Shown: in pieces, positions 10,545-21,042 of the stretch
How the letters are laid out: each line of letters starts with the position of its first letter
Numbering within the stretch: position 1 is the stretch's first letter
Source of the DNA: a virus
Length of the DNA: 64,000 bases
Reading direction: 5' to 3' (one strand)
Virus record (IMG/VR): IMGVR_UViG_3300025131_011243
Location: 1 to 64,000 of that record
Notes under the pieces: model-generated
What the model saw: only the letters and a program-made list of their open reading frames with translations
The model's database searches: none
Told to the model about the DNA's origin: nothing
Position numbers and translations under genes: made by a program

Positions 10545-10811
10545 CTATACATCGGGCTGATACAGGATGATAGGGGTTCCCTCTCCGACCCATGCCCCTT
10601 CGCAGTTGAAACTAAAATAATCTACAGCCTCTTCAAAGGTCATTCCGTCTTCCATTAGACTGGCAATGCATTTATCGTAATCGTAGACAACTAGAGTTGG
10701 TTGACCGCATCGACCCCCCACCCCAATGATGGCATCATCATAGCCATCCATTAAAAGGGCTTCAGGATTTTCCTCGGCGATCCGAAATCTAACTGCTTCA
10801 GCGACTGACAT
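10545..10811 (-). CDS. conserved small phage protein
   Basis: DGYDDAIIG...YDYDKC...EEAVDYFSFN.EGAWVGEGTP pattern common in phages. Confidence 0.75.
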   Translation of the reverse strand: MSVAEAVRFRIAEENPEALLMDGYDDAIIGVGGRCGQPTLVVYDYDKCIASLMEDGMTFEEAVDYFSFNCEGAWVGEGTPIILYQPDV

Positions 10812-10818
10812 GTTAACC

Positions 10819-10989
10819 TCATTTCATCGGACAGTCATCTCGGCTGCAAGAAACTGGGGCATCGTCTAGGAAGCATTTGTTACAGACGGGACAACATCTT
10901 TTGTTAGCTTCTTTCTTGGCTTCCGCTTCCTTATCTCCGACTTTGAGAACATCAAGGTCTTTAGTAACGGTTGTTTTATACAAGGTCAT
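10819..10989 (-). CDS. small Cys-rich (zinc ribbon) protein, 56 aa
   Basis: MTLYKTT...CPVCNKC...CSRDDCP; GGAG upstream. Confidence 0.55.
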   Translation of the reverse strand: MTLYKTTVTKDLDVLKVGDKEAEAKKEANKRCCPVCNKCFLDDAPVSCSRDDCPMK

Positions 10990-11025
10990 TTTACTATCTC
11001 CATAAACACTATATTCATCGTCATA

Positions 11026-11220
11026 TTATGAAGCATTTCTAGAGAGCAAGAAATATAAGCCAAAGAACACACCCGACAGGCAGTAAAAAATAGCAATGGT
11101 AGGCCAATAGCCACCGATCCACGGCATCAGCGTGTAGAACAAGATATCGTAGCCTAATGGCAGAAAGAATGTTCCCGCCATTAGGCTCAATGTAGCCAAT
11201 AGCTTTTTCATGACCTTCAA
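11026..11220 (-). CDS. small two-TM membrane protein
   Basis: Hydrophobic 64 aa ORF (FFLPLGYD). Confidence 0.6.
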   Translation of the reverse strand: MKVMKKLLATLSLMAGTFFLPLGYDILFYTLMPWIGGYWPTIAIFYCLSGVFFGLYFLLSRNAS

Positions 11221-11275
11221 TCGTTTTACTAGGGTCAGGTTCGTCTAAGTTTGGTTCTGATTCTTCCATAGTTCC

Positions 11276-11476
11276 TTAGTCCACATGTTGCTCGCTATGG
11301 AGTTCTTCCATGATGGCAAAATACTCCAACCAAGTAAACCGTACTCTGAATCCGTCTGGCCAGAACATCCAAATATGATCATCTGTTTTCTCCTTGACGG
11401 GAGGAAAATCTCCTGTGCAAATTCTTCTGGCCCATTCTTTGATCACGACCCAACGCTCCTGCTGTACAGTTTCCAT
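11276..11476 (-). CDS. hypothetical protein
   Basis: 66 aa, AGGAG upstream. Confidence 0.55.
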   Translation of the reverse strand: METVQQERWVVIKEWARRICTGDFPPVKEKTDDHIWMFWPDGFRVRFTWLEYFAIMEELHSEQHVD

Positions 11477-11582
11477 AATCGACTCCTAAAAGCAACAGGA
11501 CATACATACTTACCATTCCAAAACCACTGGTCTAAATCCTCTGTATCAGACGATACTTATACAGAATGATCAGGAGAATATC

Positions 11583-12452
11583 ATGATAAACAAGACAATA
11601 GGCGTTATCGGTAAGGGTTTTGTGGGAACTGCTGTAGTACGAGGTTTTATGAATTTCGTTCAAGACGTACTTATTTACGATGCTGATCCCAAAAAGTCAT
11701 CCCACTCCTTTGAAGATACTGTAAACGCAGACTTTGTATTCATATGCCTTCCGACACCTATGGAGAATGCTGAAGGTGGAAAGGCGGATCTTTCCATCGT
11801 CGAAAATTGCATGGCCAAGATTGCTCCTTACGCCGAAAAAAACGAATCAGCTTATCTAATCAAGTCAACTGTACCCATCGGAACGACCCGGATATTGTCT
11901 GAAAAGTTTGGCATCATCAGACTTTATCATAATCCGGAATTCCTAACCGCCAGAACATCTAATGTTGACTTTATTACGCCTACAAGAAATATTATTGGTT
12001 ATGTAAGACACGATAAAAACGACATAGTAAACGTAATGTATGTGAAAAGCTTTTTTGAAGACAGATTTCCTGGCGTACCATGCATGGGAATGACAAGCGA
12101 TGAATCTGAAGCAGTTAAATATTTTGCTAACTGTTTTTTCGCCACCAAGGTAACGTTCTTTAACGAAATCAAACTACTCGTTGATAAACTGGGCTTGGAT
12201 TGGGATTTGATAATTGGAGGAGTTATGGCAGATGGAAGAATTGGTATGTCTCACTACGAAGTACCGGGACATGATAACGAAAGAGGCTATGGTGGGCTAT
12301 GTTTTCCAAAGGATATTAATGCACTTATCAATACGATGGAAGAGAATGGAATCGACCCCAAATTGCTCAAGGCATCTTGGGAGCAGAACAAGGCTGTAAG
12401 AGAAAATTGGGATTGGGCAACGAACGCTTCAGCCGTATCTCAGAGACCCTGA
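11583..12452 (+). CDS. UDP-glucose/GDP-mannose dehydrogenase family protein
   Basis: GVIGKGFVG, IKSTVPIGT, HNPEFL, GYGGLCFPKD. Confidence 0.92.
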   Translation: MINKTIGVIGKGFVGTAVVRGFMNFVQDVLIYDADPKKSSHSFEDTVNADFVFICLPTPMENAEGGKADLSIVENCMAKIAPYAEKNESAYLIKSTVPIGTTRILSEKFGIIRLYHNPEFLTARTSNVDFITPTRNIIGYVRHDKNDIVNVMYVKSFFEDRFPGVPCMGMTSDESEAVKYFANCFFATKVTFFNEIKLLVDKLGLDWDLIIGGVMADGRIGMSHYEVPGHDNERGYGGLCFPKDINALINTMEENGIDPKLLKASWEQNKAVRENWDWATNASAVSQRP

Positions 12453-13318
12453 GCCAGAATGTCCCACATCCTGTTCTCGTCAATAGCGACAGCTAACAAA
12501 TCTCCGTCAGGGAAGACATGAGTACCCCATTTACCCCCTTCTCGGTAAGGCTTACCCGTAATCCAAGTAGCTACGTCTGGATGAAGGTGACAAATGGCTG
12601 CCACCGGATCGTGGAACAATTTTCCCTGCTTTTTGGCAAGATAAACGTCCATGCCCTCACGAAGCATCTCAGAAGCCCTAGAATTGGCCTCAAATAAACG
12701 CACATAATCATGTATGTCTTTATTGTAGTTAAGGGTATGACAGACGTTCTTGCCCACAAAACGCCTCTCAATTGGAGCATCAAGAAACATTATAGAACCC
12801 TGCATGTCGCCATTCAGGTTTGTGGTAGGCATCAGATCCCTACCCTCGAACTTGTCCAAACGAACAACATCGATACCCATGGCGTCAGTGACACTATAGG
12901 GAACGAAGCCTCCCTGCATGGTAGCCCGCTTGGGGAAAGTGGCGTTGCGATGATAAAACTTTCTGAAATTCTTCATAGGACCGCAAACGAATAGCTCGCA
13001 ATCCGGATGCTCAGACATAACCGTATTCATGATTTCATGGCCTGGACCATCCGGTTTCTCACTCTTTTCAGCACCATAATGATCCATAATTCTGACATGG
13101 GGACCACTTAGAGATGGTTTGTCTATATCAACCGAAGCTGATCCAACCGGGATGTCAAGTTCAACTTCTCTGAGCAATAATTTGGTTATGGCAATTTGGT
13201 CTCTATAACCTGGATAGACAAGAATAGCTTTCAGATCTACGCCAGCAGATATGAGATAACAAAGAGAAAAATAATCATCTGCATCATTGCCGATATCAGT
13301 TTCTACAACAAGTTTCAT
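12440..13318 (-). CDS. inosine-uridine nucleoside hydrolase family protein
   Basis: ETDIGNDADD, MQGG, FHDPVAA. Confidence 0.85.
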   Translation of the reverse strand: MKLVVETDIGNDADDYFSLCYLISAGVDLKAILVYPGYRDQIAITKLLLREVELDIPVGSASVDIDKPSLSGPHVRIMDHYGAEKSEKPDGPGHEIMNTVMSEHPDCELFVCGPMKNFRKFYHRNATFPKRATMQGGFVPYSVTDAMGIDVVRLDKFEGRDLMPTTNLNGDMQGSIMFLDAPIERRFVGKNVCHTLNYNKDIHDYVRLFEANSRASEMLREGMDVYLAKKQGKLFHDPVAAICHLHPDVATWITGKPYREGGKWGTHVFPDGDLLAVAIDENRMWDILAQGL

Positions 13319-13584
13319 CAGCTAAGATCTATGTATTGGGGAACACGAACTTGCACAACGACGATGTCTCCAGGTTTTCTGACGACTGGATCTGGTAGAG
13401 GAGCAAACTTCAAGTCATTCATGATAGCCATAAGCTTGTTTTTGTCCGTCTCTTCCGTATGGATAGTTATGTCGCCACTGGTGTTGTAGTCAAGCGAAGA
13501 AGTGGGCTCGTAAGACGTGTAGTAAGAATCCTCAGACGATGAGGAAGATTCGGAAGATGAGTCAACGTTAATATAGACCGGCAT
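13318..13584 (-). CDS. Ser-rich small protein
   Basis: SSSESSSSSE tract; stop/start-coupled on both sides. Confidence 0.6.
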   Translation of the reverse strand: MPVYINVDSSSESSSSSEDSYYTSYEPTSSLDYNTSGDITIHTEETDKNKLMAIMNDLKFAPLPDPVVRKPGDIVVVQVRVPQYIDLS

Positions 13585-14309
13585 TAATCGTCAATGTCCA
13601 AGTAAGCAAACGGAACCACTTCTACAACTTCTGGCTCTATCGGTTGTACAAATTCTATTTCTTTCACCGATATGGGAGAGGATTCTACGAACCCCTCAAT
13701 TTCCATTCCAGATCTTATATCATCAAGACTAACGATTTCCGGCAGTTCAAAATGAGCCTTAACATCTTTTATCCAAGAGACTATATCCGGATGCCATAAA
13801 GCTAAACCGTCTTCTGGGAATTTGGGATAACCAAGCACAGTTCTGTAGGCACGTATGTATATATGCTTTTGACCACGACACATATTCACAAACTCTTTAT
13901 CATGACCAGGGATAGAGGGCATGGTTTCATTAATCAAAATATCATACGGTTCGATACGATTGCATATCAACCAATAATGACTGGGACTACTTGCTATGGG
14001 ATAATAGGCGATACCATTTTTTGCCAACCAAGATGTTGCCCTATTCAGGCACGACGCATCATCGCAATCCACCATAAGGATATGGTTTGAATTGAATCTG
14101 CTATTCGAACTCTTGAGAGATATGCATCCCTTCAAATCGGACTTTCCCACAGTAGAACGCAGGGCATGGGAACGCATCACCTTGGCAATCTTTTTGAATG
14201 ACGAAAATTGGGTCAAAGACCAATCGCTGTAACCATCTGATTTGTTTTTGCGTAACAAATACTTCAACGTCATGATAGCCTCGCTTAGGCTATCATACCA
14301 AATAATCAA
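13584..14309 (-). CDS. hypothetical protein, possible AEP primase-like fold
   Basis: hhhDxD (ILMVDCD) followed by SSPSHYW. Confidence 0.4.
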   Translation of the reverse strand: MIIWYDSLSEAIMTLKYLLRKNKSDGYSDWSLTQFSSFKKIAKVMRSHALRSTVGKSDLKGCISLKSSNSRFNSNHILMVDCDDASCLNRATSWLAKNGIAYYPIASSPSHYWLICNRIEPYDILINETMPSIPGHDKEFVNMCRGQKHIYIRAYRTVLGYPKFPEDGLALWHPDIVSWIKDVKAHFELPEIVSLDDIRSGMEIEGFVESSPISVKEIEFVQPIEPEVVEVVPFAYLDIDD

Positions 14310-14701
14310 ACACTATTATGAGGACTTGGACGTTCAAGTTCTTCTAAAATACGACGATAAGTATCGATGATATCGTCAATGCTGTCTTTGTTACGCATGT
14401 AGGTATCGGCAGCATGTCTCCTGATCCAATTCATTATGTAATCAGGATGAGCCCCTTCCTTAATCATCCGATGAATTGTCAGCACTCGATACATATCGAT
14501 ATAAGCTTCAAACTTGGCTTGGTTGTCTTGGTAGTATTCCGGGAAGTTAATCTTGTACCAAACAGCTATTTCTGGAGGCGTTCTGAATACCAGATCAAGA
14601 GGGTATTCAACTTGAGGAGTCTTCTGAACTATAGGGGCAGAATTACAAGACGATAAGCATAAAGAGATGACCAATAAGATGGGTATCAAATAACGAATCA
14701 T
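14306..14701 (-). CDS. putative lipoprotein
   Basis: Signal peptide ending LSSC. Confidence 0.6.
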   Translation of the reverse strand: MIRYLIPILLVISLCLSSCNSAPIVQKTPQVEYPLDLVFRTPPEIAVWYKINFPEYYQDNQAKFEAYIDMYRVLTIHRMIKEGAHPDYIMNWIRRHAADTYMRNKDSIDDIIDTYRRILEELERPSPHNSV

Positions 14702-14709
14702 GTAAAACC

Positions 14710-15099
14710 CTAGCCTTCAACAACGCCCGCCTCTGTGTCGGCGTATTGCGGGCTACGGCTATCATTTAGCACAAGCTGTATAGCTTGGCCGAATGCCTGA
14801 GTTAAAGCATTGGCAACTTGACTGACAAAAGAGGTATTGCTTTTCTGCCTAAAACTATCTTCCCATGGCGGCAGGATAGTACATTGATTGTTACATTTGT
14901 CCAAGAATCCGGAGAACTTGTCCGGAATATCAACCTCTTGCTTATTCCAGTTCAAAAAAGACTTGCGTTGAGCCTGCTGGCTTAGTTGTCCGCTTGTTTC
15001 GTCGTAGATCCATATGATCACTTGATCGCAATCCGGATCGGTAGAGACGGGCTCTTTATCTAGAGAAACAAAATAATCTGCATAACGAAACCAATTCAT
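14710..15099 (-). CDS. MNW-leader protein, unknown function
   Basis: Starts MNWFRYAD. Confidence 0.75.
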   Translation of the reverse strand: MNWFRYADYFVSLDKEPVSTDPDCDQVIIWIYDETSGQLSQQAQRKSFLNWNKQEVDIPDKFSGFLDKCNNQCTILPPWEDSFRQKSNTSFVSQVANALTQAFGQAIQLVLNDSRSPQYADTEAGVVEG

Positions 15100-15224
15100 G
15101 CATTACATTTACAACCACAACGATACGACATCCTTCTAAAGACAAAGAGAGGGTCGTAAAACCCTCTCTATTGCCTTCTCCTCCAAGTTTTTCTTCTAAC
15201 TCACTGCATAACGAAGAGATTGTT

Positions 15225-16226
15225 CTACCCGATAACGTCCACCAAAAACTCATGATCAAATACATGATGAGCTATTTTACCCCGGTTGGTATGCACAATA
15301 TGTACGTCCCCATTATCAGCAACCATGTAGTTGGGATAGCTAATCCCGCCAGTCTTAACCTTAGTCGTCGGCCTGCCTAAAGAGAATTTGCGTTTATCTC
15401 TAGGATTGCATAGGAAGATATTTGTACGATAAAGATCTTCATTCAGTACAAGCAATGGGACATCCCATTCGCCCAACGCTAGAATGGATGAGTTAAAGTT
15501 AGGCCAAACAGACATGTCGAGATCTGACCACTCTTTCAGGTCTTCGTCATACGCAAATGTCGTCCATGCATATTCGCTATAACCCTTCTTGCATACGTTG
15601 CGGCAGAGGGCAACCAAGTTCCCTTCTGAATTCTCAAACAATGTAGGTTGGATAGCTGCTCCATATCCCAAGTTTCCCATTCTGACATTGTTCTTCTTAA
15701 TCCATTCGTCATCGATTTGACCGAAGTCAACCCAATGAGATATTTTGCCATCAGAGAAAGTCCAGATGGAACAGACGGGATCACGCTCCCGGTAAAGGGG
15801 AATGAGCAATTGTCCTTTGTATCGGTATGGAGCGCAACGAGCTAGTAATCCAAACGCCTCATCGATTCGTTCAGGCTCACAGACGATGATCATTCCATCG
15901 TCCCTCACCTTGACCTCTGCAAGCCAATTACTGCAATACATCCATCGTTGCACAGGATGTTTAGGGACTTCTCCTTTTAGGCCCTTGTCTTCGTAGAGCG
16001 AATAGAAGATCCATGTCTTTCCGTTGTCGTTGATCAGAAGAGGGTTACCGGTCTTATGGTTGAGAAAGACTTTTTCTTTCTCTGTTGTCAGGAAGACCCT
16101 TTGTTTGTCCGTACATTCCTGGCCGCAATAGCCAGCGATCAGAACAAACCCATTCGCCTCGCATATGGTTGAACAGTGATGCGGGGACGCTTCTACAGAG
16201 AGCATCTGCAATTTATAATCAAACAT
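15225..16226 (-). CDS. BNR/sialidase-like beta-propeller protein
   Basis: HCSTICE, GNP, IQPTL, PNFNSSI, ISYP motifs. Confidence 0.7.
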   Translation of the reverse strand: MFDYKLQMLSVEASPHHCSTICEANGFVLIAGYCGQECTDKQRVFLTTEKEKVFLNHKTGNPLLINDNGKTWIFYSLYEDKGLKGEVPKHPVQRWMYCSNWLAEVKVRDDGMIIVCEPERIDEAFGLLARCAPYRYKGQLLIPLYRERDPVCSIWTFSDGKISHWVDFGQIDDEWIKKNNVRMGNLGYGAAIQPTLFENSEGNLVALCRNVCKKGYSEYAWTTFAYDEDLKEWSDLDMSVWPNFNSSILALGEWDVPLLVLNEDLYRTNIFLCNPRDKRKFSLGRPTTKVKTGGISYPNYMVADNGDVHIVHTNRGKIAHHVFDHEFLVDVIG

Positions 16227-16245
16227 GGATCCAGTATAGCGTTAT

Positions 16246-17907
16246 TTAGCCACTTTGGGGACCATATATGGCCATGATTTCTGACCTAAGATTCAAGACA
16301 AATTGACGAGCTTCTTCTTCATTAGTGACCTCCCCGTTCCTCTGAGCCTCTAGAAGACTGTTTTGGGCCATTCCGATGAATCCCATAGTCTGTCCTTTGG
16401 GCAGATAGTGGGGCTTAAGGTCAGGATACATCTGCATAATTTCCCTACCATCGATAAACGGCTGTCTTGCTTTTTCAGTCATCTCTGCTCGATAAATTTG
16501 CATTGCTTCATACTGCCTGCGCTTCTTCTCAATTCCTTCAGGGGCATTCTCTCGCCCTGTAGCCAATTCATCCGCTGGCCCCAAGATTTGCCATATGAAT
16601 GACCAAGCTTTATCGGCAAGAGCATCGTTTTCTCCTACCATCTTTTTCATCTTGTCACGCATTCTCCCAAAGGCACCGCCCTTAACCTTCAAATCATCCG
16701 TACCCTCTTGTTCTTTCGTGATGTCAGCGTGATGCGCATACATATGGAACGCAACCAAAGTGTTGACAAACTTCCTGTCTTCCTCTGAGATATATCCCAT
16801 AGTTTTAGTAACAGCGTCAGATATCTCCATGGACCTGTTTTCATGCCCCTTGTACGTCATTCTTTCAGGTTCGGTCTCATGGGGCTTTTGGATATCAGGT
16901 GCCAATTTGCCAAGATCGTGGAACACAGCCGCAAGATTAACAAGAGATCTTTCATTATCAGGCAAGCCCAATTCCTTGGCCTTTTTATTTGCTTCCTCTA
17001 TAACCAGCAGCGTATGCTTCATCACATCCCATTTGTGATAAGGAGTCTGCTGATCCATTTCGATAGGTTTAAGATTTTCCGTTTCAGGAGACTTGAACAC
17101 CTCTCTGTACAAACCGGAGGAAAACAGAAGCCTCATTCCTTTTTCCGGATTGTCGGCTGACAACGTCTTTAAGATTTCAGGACCCGCACGTTGCGAATCG
17201 ACGCTTCCATACGAAGCCTGAACTTCAGGATCTGCCATCGCAGCTTCCGTAGCAGGATCAATCGTTGACTGAGGGTAGCGAGCATAGAACCTGGCGAGCC
17301 TCAACATTCTCAGAGGATCGTCACTGAATGTCGTCTTGGGGTCAAGTGGCGTGCGCAACGTCATGGTTTGAAGATCTTGCATTCCTTTCTTAGTAAAATC
17401 TTCTACCTGACCATTCTCTATGTTGTAGAACATGGAGTTGATAGTCAGATCTCTTCGCTCAGCATCTTCTTGAGGCGTCCCCATCATCATTTCTGTAGGG
17501 ATACGTGAGCCAGTTTCATAAATACCTGACGGTTCCTTTCTCATGTTTACAAAATCAATCTTCTGTCCGTCGATTTCGATAGCCGCCGTCGCCAAGTGTT
17601 TTGATTTATCCAAGTTTTGCGGAACGACGTAGGATCCCCCAATCAGACCTCTTGGGACCTGATTCTGTTGGACGTATAGTTTAATTGCTTCAACAAAATC
17701 CTTACCAGTCATTCCTTCAAGAGAAATATCAATATCATCGCTATCTTGATCCATCAACTTATCTCGAACCCATCCTCCGGCGACACGGGGATGAGGATCG
17801 TTAGGAAGCGACTGGGCTACCATCGTAATAACATCGAAAACCTTTCGTTCATGGTCAGTGATAACGATAGGAGATTCGTTTTGAGATACTTTACGATACC
17901 AATTCAT
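16246..17907 (-). CDS. cca: CCA-adding enzyme/poly(A) polymerase family nucleotidyltransferase with HD domain; MNW leader
   Basis: VAGGWVRD, DIDI, EDAERRDLTINS, DDPLRMLR, FHDLGK; start reassigned to MNWYRKVSQ. Confidence 0.92.
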   Translation of the reverse strand: MNWYRKVSQNESPIVITDHERKVFDVITMVAQSLPNDPHPRVAGGWVRDKLMDQDSDDIDISLEGMTGKDFVEAIKLYVQQNQVPRGLIGGSYVVPQNLDKSKHLATAAIEIDGQKIDFVNMRKEPSGIYETGSRIPTEMMMGTPQEDAERRDLTINSMFYNIENGQVEDFTKKGMQDLQTMTLRTPLDPKTTFSDDPLRMLRLARFYARYPQSTIDPATEAAMADPEVQASYGSVDSQRAGPEILKTLSADNPEKGMRLLFSSGLYREVFKSPETENLKPIEMDQQTPYHKWDVMKHTLLVIEEANKKAKELGLPDNERSLVNLAAVFHDLGKLAPDIQKPHETEPERMTYKGHENRSMEISDAVTKTMGYISEEDRKFVNTLVAFHMYAHHADITKEQEGTDDLKVKGGAFGRMRDKMKKMVGENDALADKAWSFIWQILGPADELATGRENAPEGIEKKRRQYEAMQIYRAEMTEKARQPFIDGREIMQMYPDLKPHYLPKGQTMGFIGMAQNSLLEAQRNGEVTNEEEARQFVLNLRSEIMAIYGPQSG

Positions 17908-18271
17908 CTGTCCATGGTCCTTGATGGTCATGCTTTACCTGATTCCTCAACGCCTGTTCAGGGCTATATCTTACTACATTCTGCGGCTTAAACAAGTCGT
18001 AAAAATCAGCATTTTCTATAGACCCTCTACCCGACATATTCATCTGCCAATCGTACACTCTTCCGACAGCTTCTATCCAAGCATGTTCATACCTTTTCGG
18101 CTCTAATGCTAATGGCTCCTCCACCGTTCCGTGACATACGAAAATATTTTCTTCAGGGACGACCCCATCTTCAACCATTGTCCAAGCCAATTCGTTTGCA
18201 AAGGGGAAGCACAGACCGATAGGACAGGTCTCCCGTTCATTGGCCAATTTAACTACTTCATGCCAATTCAT
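17891..18271 (-). CDS. MNW-leader transglutaminase/papain-like protein
   Basis: MNWHEVVKLAN; GLCF, HAWIE, VYD (Cys-His-Asp). Confidence 0.65.
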   Translation of the reverse strand: MNWHEVVKLANERETCPIGLCFPFANELAWTMVEDGVVPEENIFVCHGTVEEPLALEPKRYEHAWIEAVGRVYDWQMNMSGRGSIENADFYDLFKPQNVVRYSPEQALRNQVKHDHQGPWTDELVS

Positions 18272-18734
18272 TGCAGTCGTCCCCGCCCATGCGAACAATA
18301 CGGATATCCCTAATAGCTTCCGGAGGAATCACTGCCTTTTTCCTAGACGAGTAGGAAGGATTGATCAAAAACTGATTCCTACCCGATCCTCCGGTTTCTC
18401 TACTGACCGATTGACTCATAAACCATTGTGAATCAAGTTCCATCCTGATGACGGCTGACTTATCTTTTTCCGCCATTGCTTTCATGCATCCATAGACAGC
18501 AGCTTCAGACGAAGTAGTCGAAAATCCGACATGACCCAAGTCGTCATGCGTAATCGTTCTTTCTTGCAGAATCTTTCTAGCCCTTTTTAGGCTTGTTCCA
18601 TGAAAAACAATATACCCGCCTTCTGGGCTAAGATCGGGCGGCGTATCTCTTTCATGTATGGTATCGCCTACCCCCTCTCTCAATGGAAAGGGGGGCCACT
18701 CTTGTTCCTCTTGGGCGTAATGAAACCAATTCAT
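18258..18734 (-). CDS. MNW-leader ADP-ribosyltransferase-like protein
   Basis: MNWFHYAQ; VFHGTS, GFST, A.VY, IPPEAI. Confidence 0.6.
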   Translation of the reverse strand: MNWFHYAQEEQEWPPFPLREGVGDTIHERDTPPDLSPEGGYIVFHGTSLKRARKILQERTITHDDLGHVGFSTTSSEAAVYGCMKAMAEKDKSAVIRMELDSQWFMSQSVSRETGGSGRNQFLINPSYSSRKKAVIPPEAIRDIRIVRMGGDDCNELA

Positions 18735-19159
18735 TCTTTGTCATCCGGATGAGGAATCTTAACCGCTTGAATGCCATGCTCTTCAGCACTGTCAATATCT
18801 GGTTGGAAGTCATCATGATGTATAGCCGCACCTATCTCGGCCAACTGCGGACCTTTATGATCTCCGCTGGTGAAGTAAATCTGATCAACGGGAAGTTTGT
18901 GCTTAGCAATAAAATCGGCAACAGAAATGCGACCGCTTTCTTGATCGTGGGTCGATTCGGCCTCTTCGTTTCTTGATGTGACGACAACAATACGATGACC
19001 AGCCTCATGGTATTTGGTCATTCTCTGTATGCTGTCCCAGTTGGGTTCCATGCCGCCACGCCATAGCTGATCTTCCCATGACCATATAGGCATAGTGAGA
19101 GTGCAGTCGAAGTCGAACGATACTGTACTGGGAGATTCCAACTCTTGATACCAATTCAT
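18731..19159 (-). CDS. MNW-leader HAD-family phosphatase
   Basis: SFDFDCTL, VVTSR, K, HHDD. Confidence 0.8.
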   Translation of the reverse strand: MNWYQELESPSTVSFDFDCTLTMPIWSWEDQLWRGGMEPNWDSIQRMTKYHEAGHRIVVVTSRNEEAESTHDQESGRISVADFIAKHKLPVDQIYFTSGDHKGPQLAEIGAAIHHDDFQPDIDSAEEHGIQAVKIPHPDDKE

Positions 19160-19236
19160 AGCCATTTTTCTTCCTGACGCTCAGTTTATTTACTGAATTC
19201 TGGCTATGGTATCCTCTTATGTCGTAAAACGCAAGG

Positions 19237-19582
19237 CTATTCTAGGATAATAGTAACACTAATACCAGTCACATTATTATCCTGTTCTGCCTGAATGGCT
19301 TGGATAGCCTTATCCTTCTCGGATTCAGAAAACTGATCCCATTTGTCTTTGACGACTTTGACTACTCCGGTATTGAGATCATGTTCTTTGATGACCCCAT
19401 GAATAGCCAAGTTCGTTACGTAATACTGTGGCTCGTACCCCGCCCATTCTTCGAACAACCCAGAAGGTTGCTCTACGACGGGATCGGTAGGAGTATTGTC
19501 GGAAGTCCCGTTCCTATCACATGAAAATACGATGACCAGCAGAAATACGCACACTACAACAATAGGTATGATTTTTTTTCAT
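19237..19582 (-). pseudogene. lipoprotein gene with +1 frameshift in an A8 run
   Basis: Removing one A gives MKKIIPIVVVCVFLLVIVFSC... Confidence 0.6.
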
Positions 19583-19625
19583 AATGCATCCTCTAGTTAG
19601 GTTACTGTAATATAGATCGTCTGAT

Positions 19626-20354
19626 CTAGGCGGAGACATCCAGCCCGGCTCCGGAAACATATCGCTTGAATTCTTCCACAAATGACCTATCATTAGATGG
19701 GTTGGCATTAAATGAGTCATGTTCAAAAAAGATAGCTTGATTGCTAACGTCTTGCCCCTTAAGCCAAACTACCTGTACTTTGTTTCCAGGCATATTTGCG
19801 GTTACCGCTTCTGATCCATATGGGTTGCCTCCGGCACTATTCCATATAGCCATAACCCTACCAGCATATCCCAATGTAGCCTCATTAGCATAGGCAGTAA
19901 AACTACTTCTAAAAAAACTGCCATCAAAAGCATCGAATGAGATTTTACGCACCTCTCCATGCTTCACGGCTTCGTCGTAGATGGATTTTAGACAAAAATT
20001 CAGATTCCTAAAATCACTGCCGACCCCATTGTACGTTGATCTTTCATCTGTTTGCCACTCAGGCAAGTCTGAAGTTTGTCTGCTTTGATACCCAAAATCA
20101 TGAGGCACCCATTCGTCCTGACCAGAACCCGGTTGATAGGTAGACCAGTCAACATCCTTAACAATATCCCATGCTTCGGATATCTCAACCATCCTCACAC
20201 TATCTCCACCTGGACGATCCGGATGATACTTCATAGCCATTTGTCGGTACTTGTTCTGCACTTCGCTACGAGACGATGGCGTACCCGAAATACCCAAGAC
20301 ACCCAAGGCATCTTCAATACTCATTCTTCTTACTGCTGATTTGAACCAGTTCAT
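19626..20354 (-). CDS. MNW-leader J-domain (DnaJ) protein
   Basis: ALGVLG, YRQMAMKYHPDR, ISEAW. Confidence 0.85.
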   Translation of the reverse strand: MNWFKSAVRRMSIEDALGVLGISGTPSSRSEVQNKYRQMAMKYHPDRPGGDSVRMVEISEAWDIVKDVDWSTYQPGSGQDEWVPHDFGYQSRQTSDLPEWQTDERSTYNGVGSDFRNLNFCLKSIYDEAVKHGEVRKISFDAFDGSFFRSSFTAYANEATLGYAGRVMAIWNSAGGNPYGSEAVTANMPGNKVQVVWLKGQDVSNQAIFFEHDSFNANPSNDRSFVEEFKRYVSGAGLDVSA

Positions 20355-21040
20355 ACCGTAATCGCCTCAGAAGGGCTTGGGGTAGGATCTAGCTGAGGAT
20401 CGCTATCGCCGCCTCTTCCGCCTCTATTGTTCCACCATCGATCAATCTCTTTCTTCAACCATTCTGCTACCTCGTAGGGCGTGGTTAGTCCCTCAACGCC
20501 ATCTATTCTTTCCATGTCGAATCTTGGATCGCCTTTTCTAGCAATAGGTATGGGATATTGATGCAACTGCATATGCTCTTTACTGTCGATCTCGTCTCCC
20601 GGCATCATACCCGGACGCCAACCTTCAGCAAAGCATCTGAATGTCAAAAGCTTATGACCGATCTGTGAATCAAAACTTCTAACCTCTTCGTATGGAGATC
20701 CATATTCTCGTTCTTTTACATCTCTTTCTTGACTATTGCTGGGACCCCACCATTTACCGCCAGGAGGATTGTTGTCGGCAAAGTATCCGGGAGGATACTC
20801 CATGTTCAAATGCTTGTTGATCTCCCAGAAACATTTGAAGTAGTATCTGTCGCCTTCTGTTTTGACGTTAGCTCCCTGCATTTCTATGACACCATATTTT
20901 TGCAACCTGTAACTGGGCATCAACTTCCTGGTTTCAAGGACACCCCAATCACCGCCAACAATATGGGATACCGACTGGAAGATGTGGTTAGGCATATCTT
21001 CAATCCTAGCTTTGCCAGCAAATTTAGAGAACCAATTCAT
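20351..21040 (-). CDS. MNW-leader protein, unknown function
   Basis: MNWFSKFAG. Confidence 0.75.
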   Translation of the reverse strand: MNWFSKFAGKARIEDMPNHIFQSVSHIVGGDWGVLETRKLMPSYRLQKYGVIEMQGANVKTEGDRYYFKCFWEINKHLNMEYPPGYFADNNPPGGKWWGPSNSQERDVKEREYGSPYEEVRSFDSQIGHKLLTFRCFAEGWRPGMMPGDEIDSKEHMQLHQYPIPIARKGDPRFDMERIDGVEGLTTPYEVAEWLKKEIDRWWNNRGGRGGDSDPQLDPTPSPSEAITV

Positions 21041-21042
21041 GA

